NCBI GenBank assembly: GCA_030141605.1
Contig: JAQGDQ010001414.1
Location: 1 to 42,075, forward strand
From: Tubiluchus corallicola
Taxonomy: Eukaryota; Animalia; Priapulida
Length of the DNA stretch: 42,075 nt
Direction: 5' to 3'
Shown here one piece after another: positions 12,607 through 28,565 of this stretch. The notes under the pieces were generated by a model. The model ran no database searches. It worked only from the letters and a program-made list of their open reading frames with translations, and had not been told where the DNA came from. The first letter of the stretch is position 1. Each line of letters opens with the position of its first letter. Made by a program: the position numbers and the translations under genes.

Positions 12607-13116
12607 AAGAAGACGTATCGAAAGTTTGTAGACCAACCAGGATTCGAACCCAGAACACAGACACAACCACAAAAAATGAACATTTTTTTCATTTTTGAAC
12701 TAGTGCAGCCAAATAGTACAGCTGCACTTTGACCATGAACTTTGACCTTTAACCTCGAAAAGTGTCACGGATAGTCAGTTAGTTGGACTGATAGCAATTT
12801 ATTCACTGGAAATTTAAACGAGCGAAACTTGTCTTATTACTGACGCCGGCCGGTGATAAATTGGCTTTAATTTCTACAGCAATCAATTTAAGACAATCAA
12901 ATCGAAAGATGGCCGCGTTCCACAGAGAATTTTCCTTATTGAAGGCAACTGTGGCGGAATAATTAACTCAGATATTCGTTTAATGTTCAATTGAGACGAT
13001 GCAAGCGGTATTGTAATAATATTACTTTGAAACTGGATGGTTTGTTACCCCCAAAATGTCAAAGTTGGTAAAATGTCAAATGTTGGCGGTCTATCATAGC
13101 ATGGCAAGCTTAAATA

Positions 13117-13789
13117 TAGGTTTTACACGTCAAATGTAGACACAGGAAACTTCAAATGTGTCTTAGGTAAGTCAAATGTAGACATAGGAATTTCGAATGT
13201 GTTTTGGTAACTCAAATGTGACTTAGGGTAAGTCAAATGTAACTCAAATGTGACTTAGGTAAGTCAAATGTAGATGCATTACTTTGAATAAATAGGTAAT
13301 TGACTCATTTAAGTGCAAATTACAAAAATATAAATCAAAGACAGTCATCACCTCTTTCATAACTTCGAAAAATGTGTTATTTACCCCTTCCCAATGAACA
13401 GAATCACTAATTAGTTTTTTTAAGTAATGCATTAGCACTGCATTAATGAATTAGTTTCTCTCAAGAAACATTGTTTATTTTAAGAATGTATTGTTTTCTC
13501 TAACAGTTCCCATGGTATGTAAAGTTTGCAGAATATTAGTGAACGTATAACGTTGTTATTTTAACTAAAGAGCAATTATAAATTGAAATTAAAGAAGATC
13601 AAATTTAACATACTTAAACTTTACCACCTATCCACATTTGATTTACCAATGTTACATTTGACTTGACATGTGTCTACATTTGACTTACCAAAAGCGCTTA
13701 AGATTTGTTGAAAACCATTGTTAACACATTTGAACTACCTAAGTCTACATTTGAGTTAACGCAGGTCTACATTTGACATGTAAAACCTA
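13117..13789. mobile_element. MITE with long TIRs (family D), compact copy
   Basis: TATAGGTTTTACACGTCAAATGTAGAC ... GTCTACATTTGACATGTAAAACCTATA; TA (or TATA) target; subterminal ~21-bp CAAATGT subrepeats; inverted expanded copy at 21433-23623. Confidence 0.88.
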
Positions 13790-13802
13790 TAGTAGTCCAG
13801 TA

Positions 13803-13803
<1 letters not shown>

Positions 13804-13860
<57 letters not shown>
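13804..13860. repeat. (TA)n microsatellite
   Basis: Directly visible. Confidence 0.95.
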
Positions 13861-14007
13861 CTAGTACATATACCAAGCCAAGTACAGTAGTACATACAGC
13901 TTGTCCGACATTAGCCATTGTATGACACATTTTGCCATAATAATGGTACTATATATAGAATATATGTAAGACCAGTACCACTCTAATAGTAAATCACTAT
14001 ACCTGCT

Positions 14008-14214
<207 letters not shown>

Positions 14215-14311
14215 TTCCTACAGTAGAGGTCCAGGCTTTACTGAAAGTAAGAAAATACTATAGACACTGCAACACCGTAATTTCTCTTCATTGTTACTAA
14301 AGTAGAAAAAA

Positions 14312-15115
14312 GGTAATAAATCACAGGTAAAAAAGTCACCGAAAACAGTCACAAGGCAAAGTCACCAAAAAGTAACAGGAAAAAGTCACTGGGAAGAAGG
14401 CACAGGATAAATCACTGGAAAGAAGGCTCAGAAAAAAATTACCGAAATACTCACAGGAAAAAAGTCACTTGAAAAAAGGCATAGGAAAAATTTACCAAAA
14501 AAAGTCACAGGAAAAAGTCACCAAAAAGTCACAGGAAAAAGTCACTTGAAAGAAGGCACAGGAAAAAGTCACCGAAAAAAGTCACAGGAAAAAGTCACTG
14601 TTCAGAAGGCACAGAAAAAATCACTGGAAAGAAGGCATTGGAAAAAGTTACCAAAATAGTCACAGGAAAAAGTCACTTGAAAGAAGGCACAGGAAAAAGT
14701 CACCAAAAAGTCACAGGGAAAAGTCAGTGGGCAGAATGCACAGGAAAAATCACTGGAAAGAAGGCATAGGAAAAAGTTACCAAAACAGTCACAGGAAAAA
14801 GTCACTGGGAAGAAGGCACAGGAAAAAGTCACTTGAAAGAAGGCACAGGGAAAAGTTACTTGAAAGAAGGCACACGGAAAAGTTACCAAAAACGTCACCA
14901 AAAAAGTCACATAAAAAAGTCAAAGGAAGGAAGACCCCATAAAAAACCCTAACAATGACCTTAAGTACCCTAACCCTAACCCTGATTACCTTAACCCTAA
15001 CCCCAACCCATTACCCTAGCCAAATTTAATTGTGACTTTTTTCATGTGACATTTTTCTTAACGAAAATTGTGACTTTTTCTGTGACTTTTTTCCTGTGAC
15101 TTCATTAGGCCTACC
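14312..15115. mobile_element. Foldback/MITE-like element with an expanded left arm and a central telomere-like tract
   Basis: Left arm of degenerate GTCACAGGAAAAAGTCAC repeats (14321-14925); (CCCTAA)-like tract 14946-15019; short inverted arm GTGACTTTTTTCCTGTGAC (15031-15102). Confidence 0.7.
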
Positions 15116-15240
15116 GATCACCGAAGGAAAGCTCGGTGTCTAAACTACTTTCATGTTTTTTTGTAAATAGCAGAGCTCATTGTTTTCATTGTTCGACGTC
15201 AGCCACTGTATGACGTCACCCCATTTTAGAACACATGCTG

Positions 15241-15603
15241 AAGCCTTTTCACAGTTTCGTTGTGCGCACGGCACGTGCAATAGCTGTAGGTCAAAGGTTA
15301 AGTGTACCACAGCAACGCATCTTAACTACAACCGTCACGTAACATGTGTGTAAAACAAAACCGTCTGTCGCATCAGTTCAAAAACTTCAATTGTTTGCGT
15401 GGTCTTTACTTAATCGTACATTATTCTGAGCGTAGAGTGATTTACTAGTAGGATCTTGCTTGGGAACAAGAAAAAATGAACTAGGTAAGGTTCTAGCTAG
15501 CTGTTAAAACTGTTACTATTACAGTTTGCATATACATTGAGAGGCGTTGTCAAGTGTACACAAATGCGTTGTCTGGTACGCTTAACCTTTGACCTTTTCA
15601 CGA
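15241..15603. mobile_element. Family A MITE-like copy
   Basis: Begins AAGCCTTTTCACAGTT; GGTCAAAGGTTAAGTGTACC (~15289) is inverted against GGTACGCTTAACCTTTGACC (~15575); homologous to 1-223 and 17071-17240. Confidence 0.75.
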
Positions 15604-16048
15604 TGAGCCTGAGGTATTTTTGTCCATCGTTCAACTTAATTTTGAATCGACTGGGCGTTTTGTTTGTAGTTTTTTGAGATAAGCGCAGATGACTTAAAGA
15701 AAGTGCTGTTTGTTTTCGGTTAATTTTCTGCGATTTGATGATAGGCAGTTATCTAGAGCAGCAGGGACAACTGGGAGTCTGGGATTAACAGAGGAAGAAG
15801 AAACCAGGAAAATGAAGCCAGGATAATTGACACGCACCAGTGCTCTAGAGATTTTACGTCCAAAGAAAACAATTTATCTTTGCGGGAGAGCCCAGATTCC
15901 CATTTCCAACTGAGTGAAAGTTCAATTAATTTCTGCAGCCGCTAGATCGCTTTGTCTGCAACGTTTCCGGTCACGCTTCCGGGCGCCGCTCTCGCTGTTT
16001 GATTGCGTTTGAGACTATTAGAGACATCTGCTCTTGGACTATTTTATA

Positions 16049-16943
16049 ACCCTGGTTATTTATTACCCTGGTTATTTATTGACTAACCAAAAGCCAAGTT
16101 AGTGAAAGTACCGGGCAGTATGACACCCTGGTTATTTATCGACCAACCAAAAGCCAAGTTAGTGAAAGTACCGGGCAGTATGACACCCTGGTTATTTATC
16201 GACCAACCAAAAGCCAAGTTAGTGAAAGTACCGGGCAGTATGACACCCTGGTTATTTATTGACCAACCAAAAGCCAAGTTAGTGAAAGTACCGGGCAGTA
16301 TGACACCCTGGTTAGTTATTTACTAACCTAAAGCTAAGTTAATAAAAGTACCGGGCAGTATGGTACTCTGGTTATTTATTGACTAACCAAAAGCCAAGTT
16401 AATAAAAGTACCGGGCAGTATGGTACTCTGATTATTTATTGACTAACCAAAAGTCAAGTTAGTGAAAGTACCGGGCAGTATGGCACCCTGGTTATTTATT
16501 GACCAACCAAAAGTCAAGTTAGTGAAAGTACCGGGCAGAATGGCACCCTGGTTATTTATTGACTAACCAAAAGCCAAGTTAATAAAAGTACCGGGCAGTA
16601 TGGTACTCTGGTTATTTACTGACTAACCAAAAGTCAAGTTAGTGAAAGTACCGGGCAGTATGACACCCTGGTTAGTTATTTACTAACCTAAAGCTAAGTT
16701 AATAAAAGTACCGGGCAGTATGGTACTCTGGTTATTTATTGTCTAACCAAAAGCCAAGTTAATAAAAGTACCGGGCAGTATGGTACTCTGGTTATTTATT
16801 GACTAACCAAAAGCCAAGTTAGTGAAAGTACCGGGCAGTATGGCACCCTGGTTATTTATTGACCAACCAAAAGTCAAGTTAGTGAAAGTACCGGGCAGAA
16901 TGGCACCCTGGTTATTTATTGACTAACCAAAAGCCACGCTAGT
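16049..16943. repeat. 60-bp minisatellite, ~14.5 copies, with a 360-bp higher-order duplication
   Basis: Unit GACTAACCAAAAGCCAAGTTAGTGAAAGTACCGGGCAGTATGACACCCTGGTTATTTATT; variant monomers recur at 16321/16681 and 16501/16861. Confidence 0.97.
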
Positions 16944-17070
16944 GGAAATATCAGGACCTATTTATTTTCAATGGTTGTGGCAGGACTGCGATGTAACTCA
17001 TGATTAACATTGGGTCAGCAGAGACGTCTATTGGGCATTCTTCTAAACGAAGTAAGCAGCCGAAATGTGC

Positions 17071-17240
17071 GTGGTGATTTACTAGCAGGATCTTGCTTGG
17101 GAACAAAAAAAATGAACTAAGTAAGGTTCTAGCTAGCTGTTAGCTAGGCGTTGTCAAGTGTACACAAATGTGTTGTCTGTAACACTTAACCTTCGACCTT
17201 TTCACGATCATCATCACTCGCTGGAACTGTGAAAAGGCTT
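17071..17240. mobile_element. Family A MITE-like right half
   Basis: Homologous to 17-223; ends GGAACTGTGAAAAGGCTT. Confidence 0.75.
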
Positions 17241-17771
17241 ATTGCTAACAAATTAAATTATTTTTCACTATTCATCTTTCATCAAGTGTTGCATCATAAA
17301 CTTTGAAACTGCAAATGGCGCTCGTGTGAACAAGTTGCTGTCTGCGTTAATTGACGCTCGTGTGAACAACTTGCTCGCTGCGTTAATTGACGCTCTTCAA
17401 AATGTAAATTGAAACGATTAACAGCAAGAATTAAACATTTATGAAGCCGGTTAATTTGCTGTGTGTGTAATTCACAGACAAGTGCCATTCAGTGTTAGAG
17501 AAGAAGCTACATACTTACGCTTGGTGCATAATGCAAGTTTGCTATTATCTATTATATGTAGGGGGGGAGGGTTCAGAGGAGATGTGGAATTTACTACCAG
17601 TCTATCAGACAGTTTTGGGTTACTTGCTTGCGTAGTAACTTCATGAAGTGGTCTCTTTCAGTCTGGTTCTTCGCGAAATAAGTTTCGAGTCTGTTTTTAT
17701 GTTGTGAAGTCATAGTATACTAGAGTTACTTCCTAATCCAAGTTCCATTGCAAAAATATGCATACGTATAC

Positions 17772-18362
17772 ATACCTACCTACCTACCTACCTACCTGCC
17801 TACCTACCTACCTACCTACCTACCTACCAACCTACCTTTCTATCTATCAACCTACTTACCTACCTACCTACATACCTACCTACCTACCTACCTACCATTC
17901 CTACCTACCTACCTACCTACCTACCTACCTACCTACCTACCTACCTACCTACCTACCTACCTACCTACCTACCTACCTACATACCTACCTACCTACCTAC
18001 CTACCTACCTACCTACCTACCTACCTACCTTTCTATCTACCAACCTACCTACCTACCTACCTACATACCTACCTACCTACCTACCTACCTACCTACCTAC
18101 CTACCTACCTACCTACCTACCTACCTACCTACCTACCTACCTACCTACCTACCAACCTACCTACCTTTCTATCTACCTACCTACCTACCTACCTACATAC
18201 CTACCTACATACATACATACATACTTGCCTGCCTACCTACCTACCTACCAACCTACCTACCTAAACAATCCATCCATCCATCCATCCATCCATCCATCCA
18301 TCCATCCATCCATCCATCCATCCATCCATCCATCCATCCATCCATCCATCCATCCATCCATC
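17772..18362. repeat. (CCTA)n followed by (CCAT)n tetranucleotide microsatellite
   Basis: Directly visible; the YLPT/PSIH ORFs are artefacts. Confidence 0.97.
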
Positions 18363-18844
18363 TATAGTTCTGTATAGAACGTGCCCGTGCAATAGAACTA
18401 TATTTACACTCATGCTTCTACACGTATATAAGAATCGCGTAATTAGAGCATAGTCACAGCCGCTAATAATTATAATAGACTCCTTATTTGCCTAAGGCTC
18501 TCTGTGCCTCCGCAATAGTGACGCAAATGAAATGTTAAATTAGCCTTCTATTCTGCAGCCGTAAAGGCCGGAAGGTCATAGATATTATTTTCGTTGCCAC
18601 ACATGTAATAATACGCGTTGCCTCAAGTAAAAGTATTATTTTCTCACTTTCTCTGTTCTTGTTTAAGTTTTTGCAAAGACGTCCTTGCTAAATGGTCACG
18701 TTTACCTTGCTTAGATGGCGTCAGTACAAAATGTACTGCGTTCGAGGTTCTGATTCCGTCCGGCAAGGTTCATCTTGATCAGCTTCACTAAGGACTCAAA
18801 CACGGTACAGTTGTATTTATTCTTCTGTATTTGGCATCTTCAAC

Positions 18845-19802
18845 TGTTTGTTGTACATTTACACGAGTACATATGTCGTTTCACGAGTACAGTTTGTTGT
18901 ACATTTACACGAGTACGTATGTCGTTACACGAGTACAGTTTGTTGTACATTTACACGAGTACAGTTTGTTGTACATTTACACGAGTACATATGTTGTTAC
19001 ACGAGTACAGTTTGTTGTACATTTATACGAGTACAGTTTGTTGTACATTTACACGAGTACATATGTTGTTACACGAGTACAGTTTGTTGTACATTTACAC
19101 GAGTACATATGTTGTTACACGAGTACAGTTTGTTGTACATTTACACGAGTACATATGTCGTTCCACGAGTACAGTTTGTTGTATATTTACACGAGTACAT
19201 ATGTCGTTACACGAGTACAATTTGTTGTACATTTACACGAGTACATATGTCGTTACACGAGTACAGTTTGTTGTACATTTACACGAGTACATATGTCGTT
19301 ACACGAGTACAGTTTGTTGTACATTTACACGAGTTCATATGTTGTTACACAAGTACAGTTTGTTGTACATTTATACGAGTACAGTTTGTTGTACATTTAA
19401 ACGAGTACATATGTTGGTACACGAGTACAGTTTGTTGTACATTTACACGAGTACAGTTTGTTGTACATTTACACGAGTACATATGTTGTTACACAAGTAC
19501 AGTTTGTTGTACATTTACACGAGTACATATGTTGTTACACAAGTACAGTTTGTTGTACATTTATACGAGTACATATGTTGTTACACAAGTACAGTTTGTT
19601 GTACATTTACACGAGTACATATGTTGTCACACAAGTACAGTTTGTTGTACATTTACACGAGTACATATGTTGTTACACAAGTACAGTTTGTTGTACATTT
19701 ACACGAGTACATATGTCGTTCCACGAGTACAGTTTGTTGTATATTTACACATTTACACGAGTACATAAATGTTGTTACACAAGTACAGTTTGTTGTACAT
19801 AT
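18845..19802. repeat. Composite minisatellite of alternating 26-bp and 20-bp units
   Basis: ACACGAGTACAGTTTGTTGTACATTT and ACACGAGTACATATGTYGTT share a 10-bp ACACGAGTAC core. Confidence 0.95.
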
Positions 19803-19923
19803 TTGCTTTATCGCAAATATTGGTGGATTTTGACATTTGAAACTTCAGAAACTTTATTCTTGCAAAATAGTGACACCTGTAGGCTCGTATAGGCTGCCGG
19901 GCTCAAGGCTGCTAGGCCTTTAA

Positions 19924-20544
19924 AGCAAAACCGAACCCAATCTTAAACTGTAGGTCAAAGCAATTTATTCTTTTAAATATTGAAAGGAAACAAACTGTTT
20001 TTTCAAAAATGACTTACGTGAAAGAATTATTACCACACAAACACAATTTCACGTTCGCGCCACAAGTTCTTCGCTGTTACATGCATTTCGCCATTCGCTA
20101 GTCCGACGGGCACTAGCGCCTGCAATTCGGAAAGCGTTGCACAAAAACAGGTGCTGTACCTCCCAGTTCAGTTGTGTTAGCTTGTGACGTACTACACATG
20201 TTCGACAGCTCATGCGTGAGCACAACGGTTAATTTAAAATCTGAATTTTTATCTTGAAACTTGCCTAGTTTTAGTACAACACACTGAATATCTTGCAGTA
20301 GCACTGTACTTCAATTTTCGCTTTCGCAAACACGTGCAACACTGTCATGGAATATTTTTGCTCTTGAAAATTATGTCAATTTGTGACGTCATCGACAGAT
20401 GGGCTCGCCCGCTGTTAACTAAGTTTTTAATCTATTATTTAATTATCAGAGACGCTCTTACAGTATTAACTGTGTTGAAATATAAACTTTTTATATTTCG
20501 GACGTGAAAGTGGGGTAGTATATGAAAAATGATCCTGTCTTCCA
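19924..20544 (-). mobile_element. Kolobok-like non-autonomous element (family E)
   Basis: TTAA at 19920-19923 and 20545-20548; reverse-complement homologue of 32744-33345 along its whole length. Confidence 0.75.
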
Positions 20545-21432
20545 TTAAGCCATCCCAGCACATTCCTTTTAACACAAAAAACCATTTCTTTGCCTTTAAT
20601 TAGATTCTGCTTGTGAATGATGGTCATAATCTAATTAATGATATCGTTAATTGTCAGTTAATTTGAAAATGTATTATGCTCAAGATTTTGGCTAAAGTTT
20701 CGAAATATTTTGGTAGGAGATATTTCCTTCTCACGATTAATATTGAAACCTGTAACAATCTTATAATCATAGCTTAAAATTTCGCTTAAAATATTGACAG
20801 CCATTTTTATGCTTTTGTATTTTTGGGGACAAAATCTGAGGTCATAATAGGTGCCTCTTAGAAGAGTCATTGAGGACCTCAAACACAGTTCAAGAAAGTA
20901 GTGCATGCAGTTTTGTTTTATGGAATTGCCTGCCTGCCTGTCTATCTGTCTGTGTGTCCGCCTCTTTGTCCGTCCGTCCGTCCGTCTGTCTGTGTCTCTG
21001 TTTGTTTATTTGTTTGTTTTGTTTTGTTTGTCCGACTTGCTGACAAAGTGTAAACTACAATTAAAGTATTTTTTTTGTTTTCATCCTACAAGAATCTTAA
21101 TTTAAACAAAAAAAGTTAAACATAATGCCATTACGTGTATTATTACCCCAACCAACCGACCGACCAACCGACGGACGCACCCACCAACCAACCAACCAAC
21201 CGACCGACTGACCGATCGGACGACTATTCAACGAGTTTATCAACCATCCAAAACACACCCGTTCTCCTTTCAGCCGTGAAACTGTCTGGTCAACCTACCG
21301 ACGTATTGACTAGTCTACCTACCAACTCACCTGCCAGACAGAAAGCGTACACACGAGTGAAAAAGCACCACACTAATGCACTTGTTTTCATTATATTACG
21401 TCGAATTAAACTTTTAATATCATTTCCTATTA

Positions 21433-23623
21433 TAGGTTTTACATGTCAAATGTAGACCTGCGTTAACTCAAATGTAGATTTAGGTAATTTAAATGTGTCT
21501 TGGTAACTCAAATGTAGACCTGCGTTAACTCAAATGTAGATTTAGGTAATTCAAATGCGTCTTGGTAACTCAAGTGTAGACCTGCGTTAACTCAAATGCA
21601 GATTTAGGTAATTCAAATGCGTCTTGGTAACTCAAATGTAGACCTGCGTTAACTCAAATGTAGATTTACGTAATTCAAATGCGTCTTGGTAACTCAAATG
21701 TAGACCTGCGTTAACTCAAATGTAGATTTAGGTAATTCAAATGCGTCTTGGTAACTGAAATGTAGACCTGCGTTAACTCAAATGTAGATTTAGGTAATTC
21801 AAATGCGTCTTGGTAACTCAAGTGTAGACCTGCGTTAACTCAAATGTAGATTTAGGTAATTCAAATGTGTCTTGGTAACTCAAATGTAGACCTGCGTTAA
21901 CTCAAATGTAGATTTAGGTAATTCAAATGCGTCTTGGTAACTCAAATGTAGACCTGCGTTAACTCAAATGTAGATTTAGGTAATTCAAATGTGTCTTGGT
22001 AACTCAAGTGTAGACCTGCGTTAACTCAAATGTAGATTTAGGTAATTCAAATGCGTCTTGGTAACTCAAATGCAGACCTGCGTTAACTCAAATGTAGATT
22101 TAGGTAATTCAAATGCGTCTTGGTAACTCAAATGTAGACCTGCGTTAACTCAAATGTAGACCTGCGTTAACTCAAATGTAGATTTAGGTAATTCAAATGC
22201 GTCTTGGTAACTCAAATGTAGACCTGCGTTAACTCAAATGTAGATTTAGGTAATTCAAATGCGTCTTGGTAACTCAAATGTAGACCTGCGTTAACTCAAA
22301 TGTAGATTTAGGTAATTCAAATGCGTCTTGGACCTGCGTTAACTCAAATGTAGATTTAGGTAATTCAAATGTGTCTTGGTAACTCAAATGTAGACCTGCG
22401 TTAACTCAAATGTAGATTTAGGTAATTCAAATGTGTCTTGGTAACTCAAATGTAGACCTGCGTTAACTCAAATGTAGATTTAGGTAATTCAAATGTGTCT
22501 TGGTAACTCAAATGTAGACTTTGGTAGTTCAAATATGTTAACAATGGTTTTCAACAAATCTTAAGCGTTTTTGGTAAGTCAAATGTAGACACATGTCAAG
22601 TCAAATGTGGATAGGTGGTAAAGTTTAAGGATGTTAAATTTAATTATATTAACAATCCATACAAATAGTTGCAAATTAATTAAATATAATAAAAATTGAT
22701 GCTGCCGATAGCACCATGACCATAAAATATAATTTTAATTTGGTTTTATCTTTTTGTAATTTGCACTTAAATGAGTTAATTACAGATTTATTCAAAGTAC
22801 CGCATCTACATTTGACTTACCTAAGTCACATTTGAGTTACCAAAACACATTCAAAATTCCTATTTCCACATTTGAGTTACCTAAATCACATTCGAGTTAC
22901 CAAAACACATTTGAAAATCTTATGTCTACATTTGACTTACCTAAGACTTATTATTTGAACTTTCCCATGTCTACATTTGACTTACCTAAGTCACATTTGA
23001 ACTTTCCTGTGTCTACATTTGACTTACCTAAGTCACATTTGAACTTTCCTGTGTCTACATTTGACTTACCTAAGTCACATTTGAACTTTCCTGTGTCTAC
23101 ATTTGACTTACCTAAGTCACATTTGAACTTTCCTGTGTCTACATTTGACTTACCTAAGTCACATTTGAACTTTCCTGTGTCTACATTTGACTTACCTAAG
23201 TCACATTTGAACTTTCCTGTGTCTACATTTGACTTACCTAAGTCACATTTGAACTTTCCTGTGTCTACATTTGACTTACCTAAGTCACATTTGAACTTTC
23301 CTGTGTCTACATTTGACTTACCTAAGTCACATTTGAACTTTCCTGTGTCTACATTTGACTTACCTAAGTCACATTTGAACTTTCCTATGTCTACATTTGA
23401 CTTACCTAAGTCACATTTGAACTTTCCTGTGTCTACATTTGACTTACCTAAGTCACATTTGAACTTTCCTGTGTCTACATTTGACTTGCCTAAGTCACAT
23501 TTGAACTTTCCTATGTCTACATTTGACTTACCTAAGTCACATTTGAAGCTTCCTGTGTCTACATTTGACTTACCTAAGTCACATTTGAAGCTTCCTATGT
23601 CTATATTTGACGTGTAAAACCTA
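21433..23623. mobile_element. Family D MITE with both arms expanded into minisatellites
   Basis: Same TIRs as 13117-13789, in inverted orientation. The left arm has ~17 x 62-bp units (21448-22520) and the right arm ~15 x 42-bp units (22960-23605); core sequence is shared with the compact copy. Confidence 0.9.
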
Positions 23624-24086
23624 TATTACATCTATTACAATTACTATTTCAGACACATACGCGTCCTAGGCATGCTTAGCGCGCAGCCACAAAGCTAATT
23701 ATTACGTAACTAATTTTGCTTGTTTATTGCAGATATAGCGGAAACCAATCAGGAGCCATTCCACTTCGGAAAAAGAGCAGCCCGACATTACCACGTGCTC
23801 ACAGCAGAACATTGCTCTTGTAGTCTTATTCTTAACTCTTTACCACTTAGCCATATTCATTTACAGTTATGATAATTTTATATGTTCATTTTTTACTGGT
23901 CTATGTGGCGTCATCTTTTTATACTTAAAAGTTATTGTGCACTTTAGGCGCAATGCGCATGCGCAGCAACTTTTAGTTCAAGCAATCGACAGATCAGATC
24001 GATTAGTGATGGGAAATTAAAATTATTTAAATGAAAACAATAACCAACAGCGAAATAAATACGTTAGCAGCGAAATAAATAAAAAT

Positions 24087-26479
<2,393 letters not shown>

Positions 26480-26660
26480 TTGTTGCCCCTATGTTGATCG
26501 TGTATCTTTGCTTAATCGAACGAATGAAAAGGGCAGATTACGAAAAAAAATCAATAATGCAACCGCTTGTGTAATAAACTTACAGTGACTGCATAAGTTA
26601 AATTATTTGCTTCTTCAAAGAACATCAGAATAAATATGATTTATGCTATTGATATCTTAA

Positions 26661-27108
26661 CCCTTTCATACCCGTTGTATCCCGTGGGATACGGGAATAT
26701 TTTCTGCCTTTAAAATTAATAAAATTTTAAAACTGACAGTTATTTGATCTGTTAATAGTTATTTTGATTTAAGCCAATAACAAGAGACTAAAAATGGTGA
26801 TAAAATGGCAAACTAGAAAATCTACATAGCATAAAAAACTGCGCAAGGTACAGTACTTTAGAGACGACTTTGTACAGATCAGCATAGCATGCATACTAAA
26901 TGTCTTAAATACTTTAAAAAATTATCAACAGTTGCAAAATGAAGCACATTTTATGCTTCCATTGAATCCCAATGCATCCCGTGGGATACAGGCTATATTA
27001 GCACACGGGCACAGGTAGACAAAAAATAATTATTATGTGTAAACAAGATGGACATACTGAACAAAAGTACCAAATCAATATTAAAAAAATAATTGGGGAC
27101 TGAAAGGG
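26661..27108 (+). mobile_element. piggyBac-like MITE (family C), copy 2
   Basis: TTAA at 26657-26660 and 27109-27112; CCC...GGG termini; homologous to 10813-11271. Confidence 0.9.
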
Positions 27109-28158
27109 TTAATTTGTTAATAAATGCTCGTTTACCTTTAATGTTTAGTGTTCTCTAGGTTCTAATCACGTTCTGCTAGGTATTATAGCTTGGTTCTCCC
27201 CGTGCTAAACGGTGTGTTGAAGCCCTAAGCTGATAGTTCTGCTCCGCCCATCTCTATTATTGTTTATATAATGACCAGATCAAGTAATTACTTGTGGTGT
27301 ATTAGAAAGACTATTAACCTAGTTTCTACGCGATCATTATTAATTACACGTATTTGCATAGCGTTTATATTCCAGTAAGCTGCACTACTGCTGGTTGTGT
27401 AATACCTTGCCCCTGTTCGTTACGTGGCACTTATATAAAAGCTGAAGTCAGTAACTGCCTGTGGTGTGTTATAAAATGCGCTCTTTACATGAATATGAAA
27501 GTACACACACATTTTCCGAGGAGAATAAGAATTTTTTCTATAATGTGACGTCCCTCAAGATTTGGCGCCCTAGGCTATAGCTTAGTTAACCTATTAGTTA
27601 ACATGCTCCTGGAATTCTTTCTCAAAGTAAGTGAGATTGTAGTTAACAAAGAAATAATTTTTCAGTAAGAAATTACACAGATAAGAAGTCCGAGGAAAAA
27701 CCGGGTTCAAATACAGTTGCTCTATATCGCCAGCACAATGAGTACTCCGAGTTAACTGTCGACATTCTTGAGAAAAATTTTCTTAGAAGCAGCGCGGAAA
27801 AAAAGAAGCCCAAATGAAAAGGAGGAGTGCAATGCACTGTGTATTCAATTACAAGGTCGAATGCAAGGTCACGTGTTCAAGTAATTTCAAATTAGCAACT
27901 TGGCTTCATCAGTTAAACGTTTTGTTCAAAGCGAAACGGGATAAAAGAGTTTACATCATCTAACTGCAGGGATTTCCTTGCAAAATACCGGAAGTTCCTG
28001 TAGTGCAGTGTAGTTAACTATAAATGTTTTAAGTGCCTGTAATAAAAAAAATTGACTTGGATTATTCTAGGGTTGTGTTTTTTGAACTGCCATTTAGATG
28101 GACAATTAAATGATTAAAATAATTGAAGTTTTTATGCAGATTTTCCTTTTGCAACATA

Positions 28159-28565
28159 TAGGGGCGAGCATTCTCTACCAGAAAGCGAATTCGAATCGAA
28201 CCGAATTTGTGACTTTCGAATTCGAATCGAACCGAACTTCAGTGTTTCGAATTCGAACCGAATTCGAATTGAGATTGAACGATTTTCGAACAAGTTTTCG
28301 AACCACCAGTAAAAATTAGTCTTACAAAGATCATGCATATCACTAGATTTTGTTCTGCAATAAAACGACTAGTAATTTGTTTAAAATTGTGCACAGAAAT
28401 CACAGCTAAATTATGCTAATTGCATGATGTTTCAATCGTTTTAGTGATAAAGAACGTATGTGATTGAAGTGCTGAATTATTCGAATCTATAGTTTGGGAT
28501 TTGAATCGAGTTCGAACTGAAAAAACTCGTTCGAATCGAATTCGAGCGTTCGATGCTCACTCCTA
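28159..28565. mobile_element. hAT-type MITE with TTCGAA-rich subterminal repeats
   Basis: Termini TAGGGGCGAGCAT / ATGCTCACTCCTA; 8-bp TSD GCAACATA / GCAACAAA (7/8 match). Confidence 0.82.

Noticed and set aside
14946-15019. True telomere or chromosome-fusion scar
   Set aside because: Short, degenerate and embedded between inverted arms of a repeat element.
18775-19892. Long ORFs in several frames
   Set aside because: Produced by a 26/20-bp minisatellite.
22832-23617. 261-aa 14-residue repeat protein
   Set aside because: Translation of the 42-bp MITE arm expansion.
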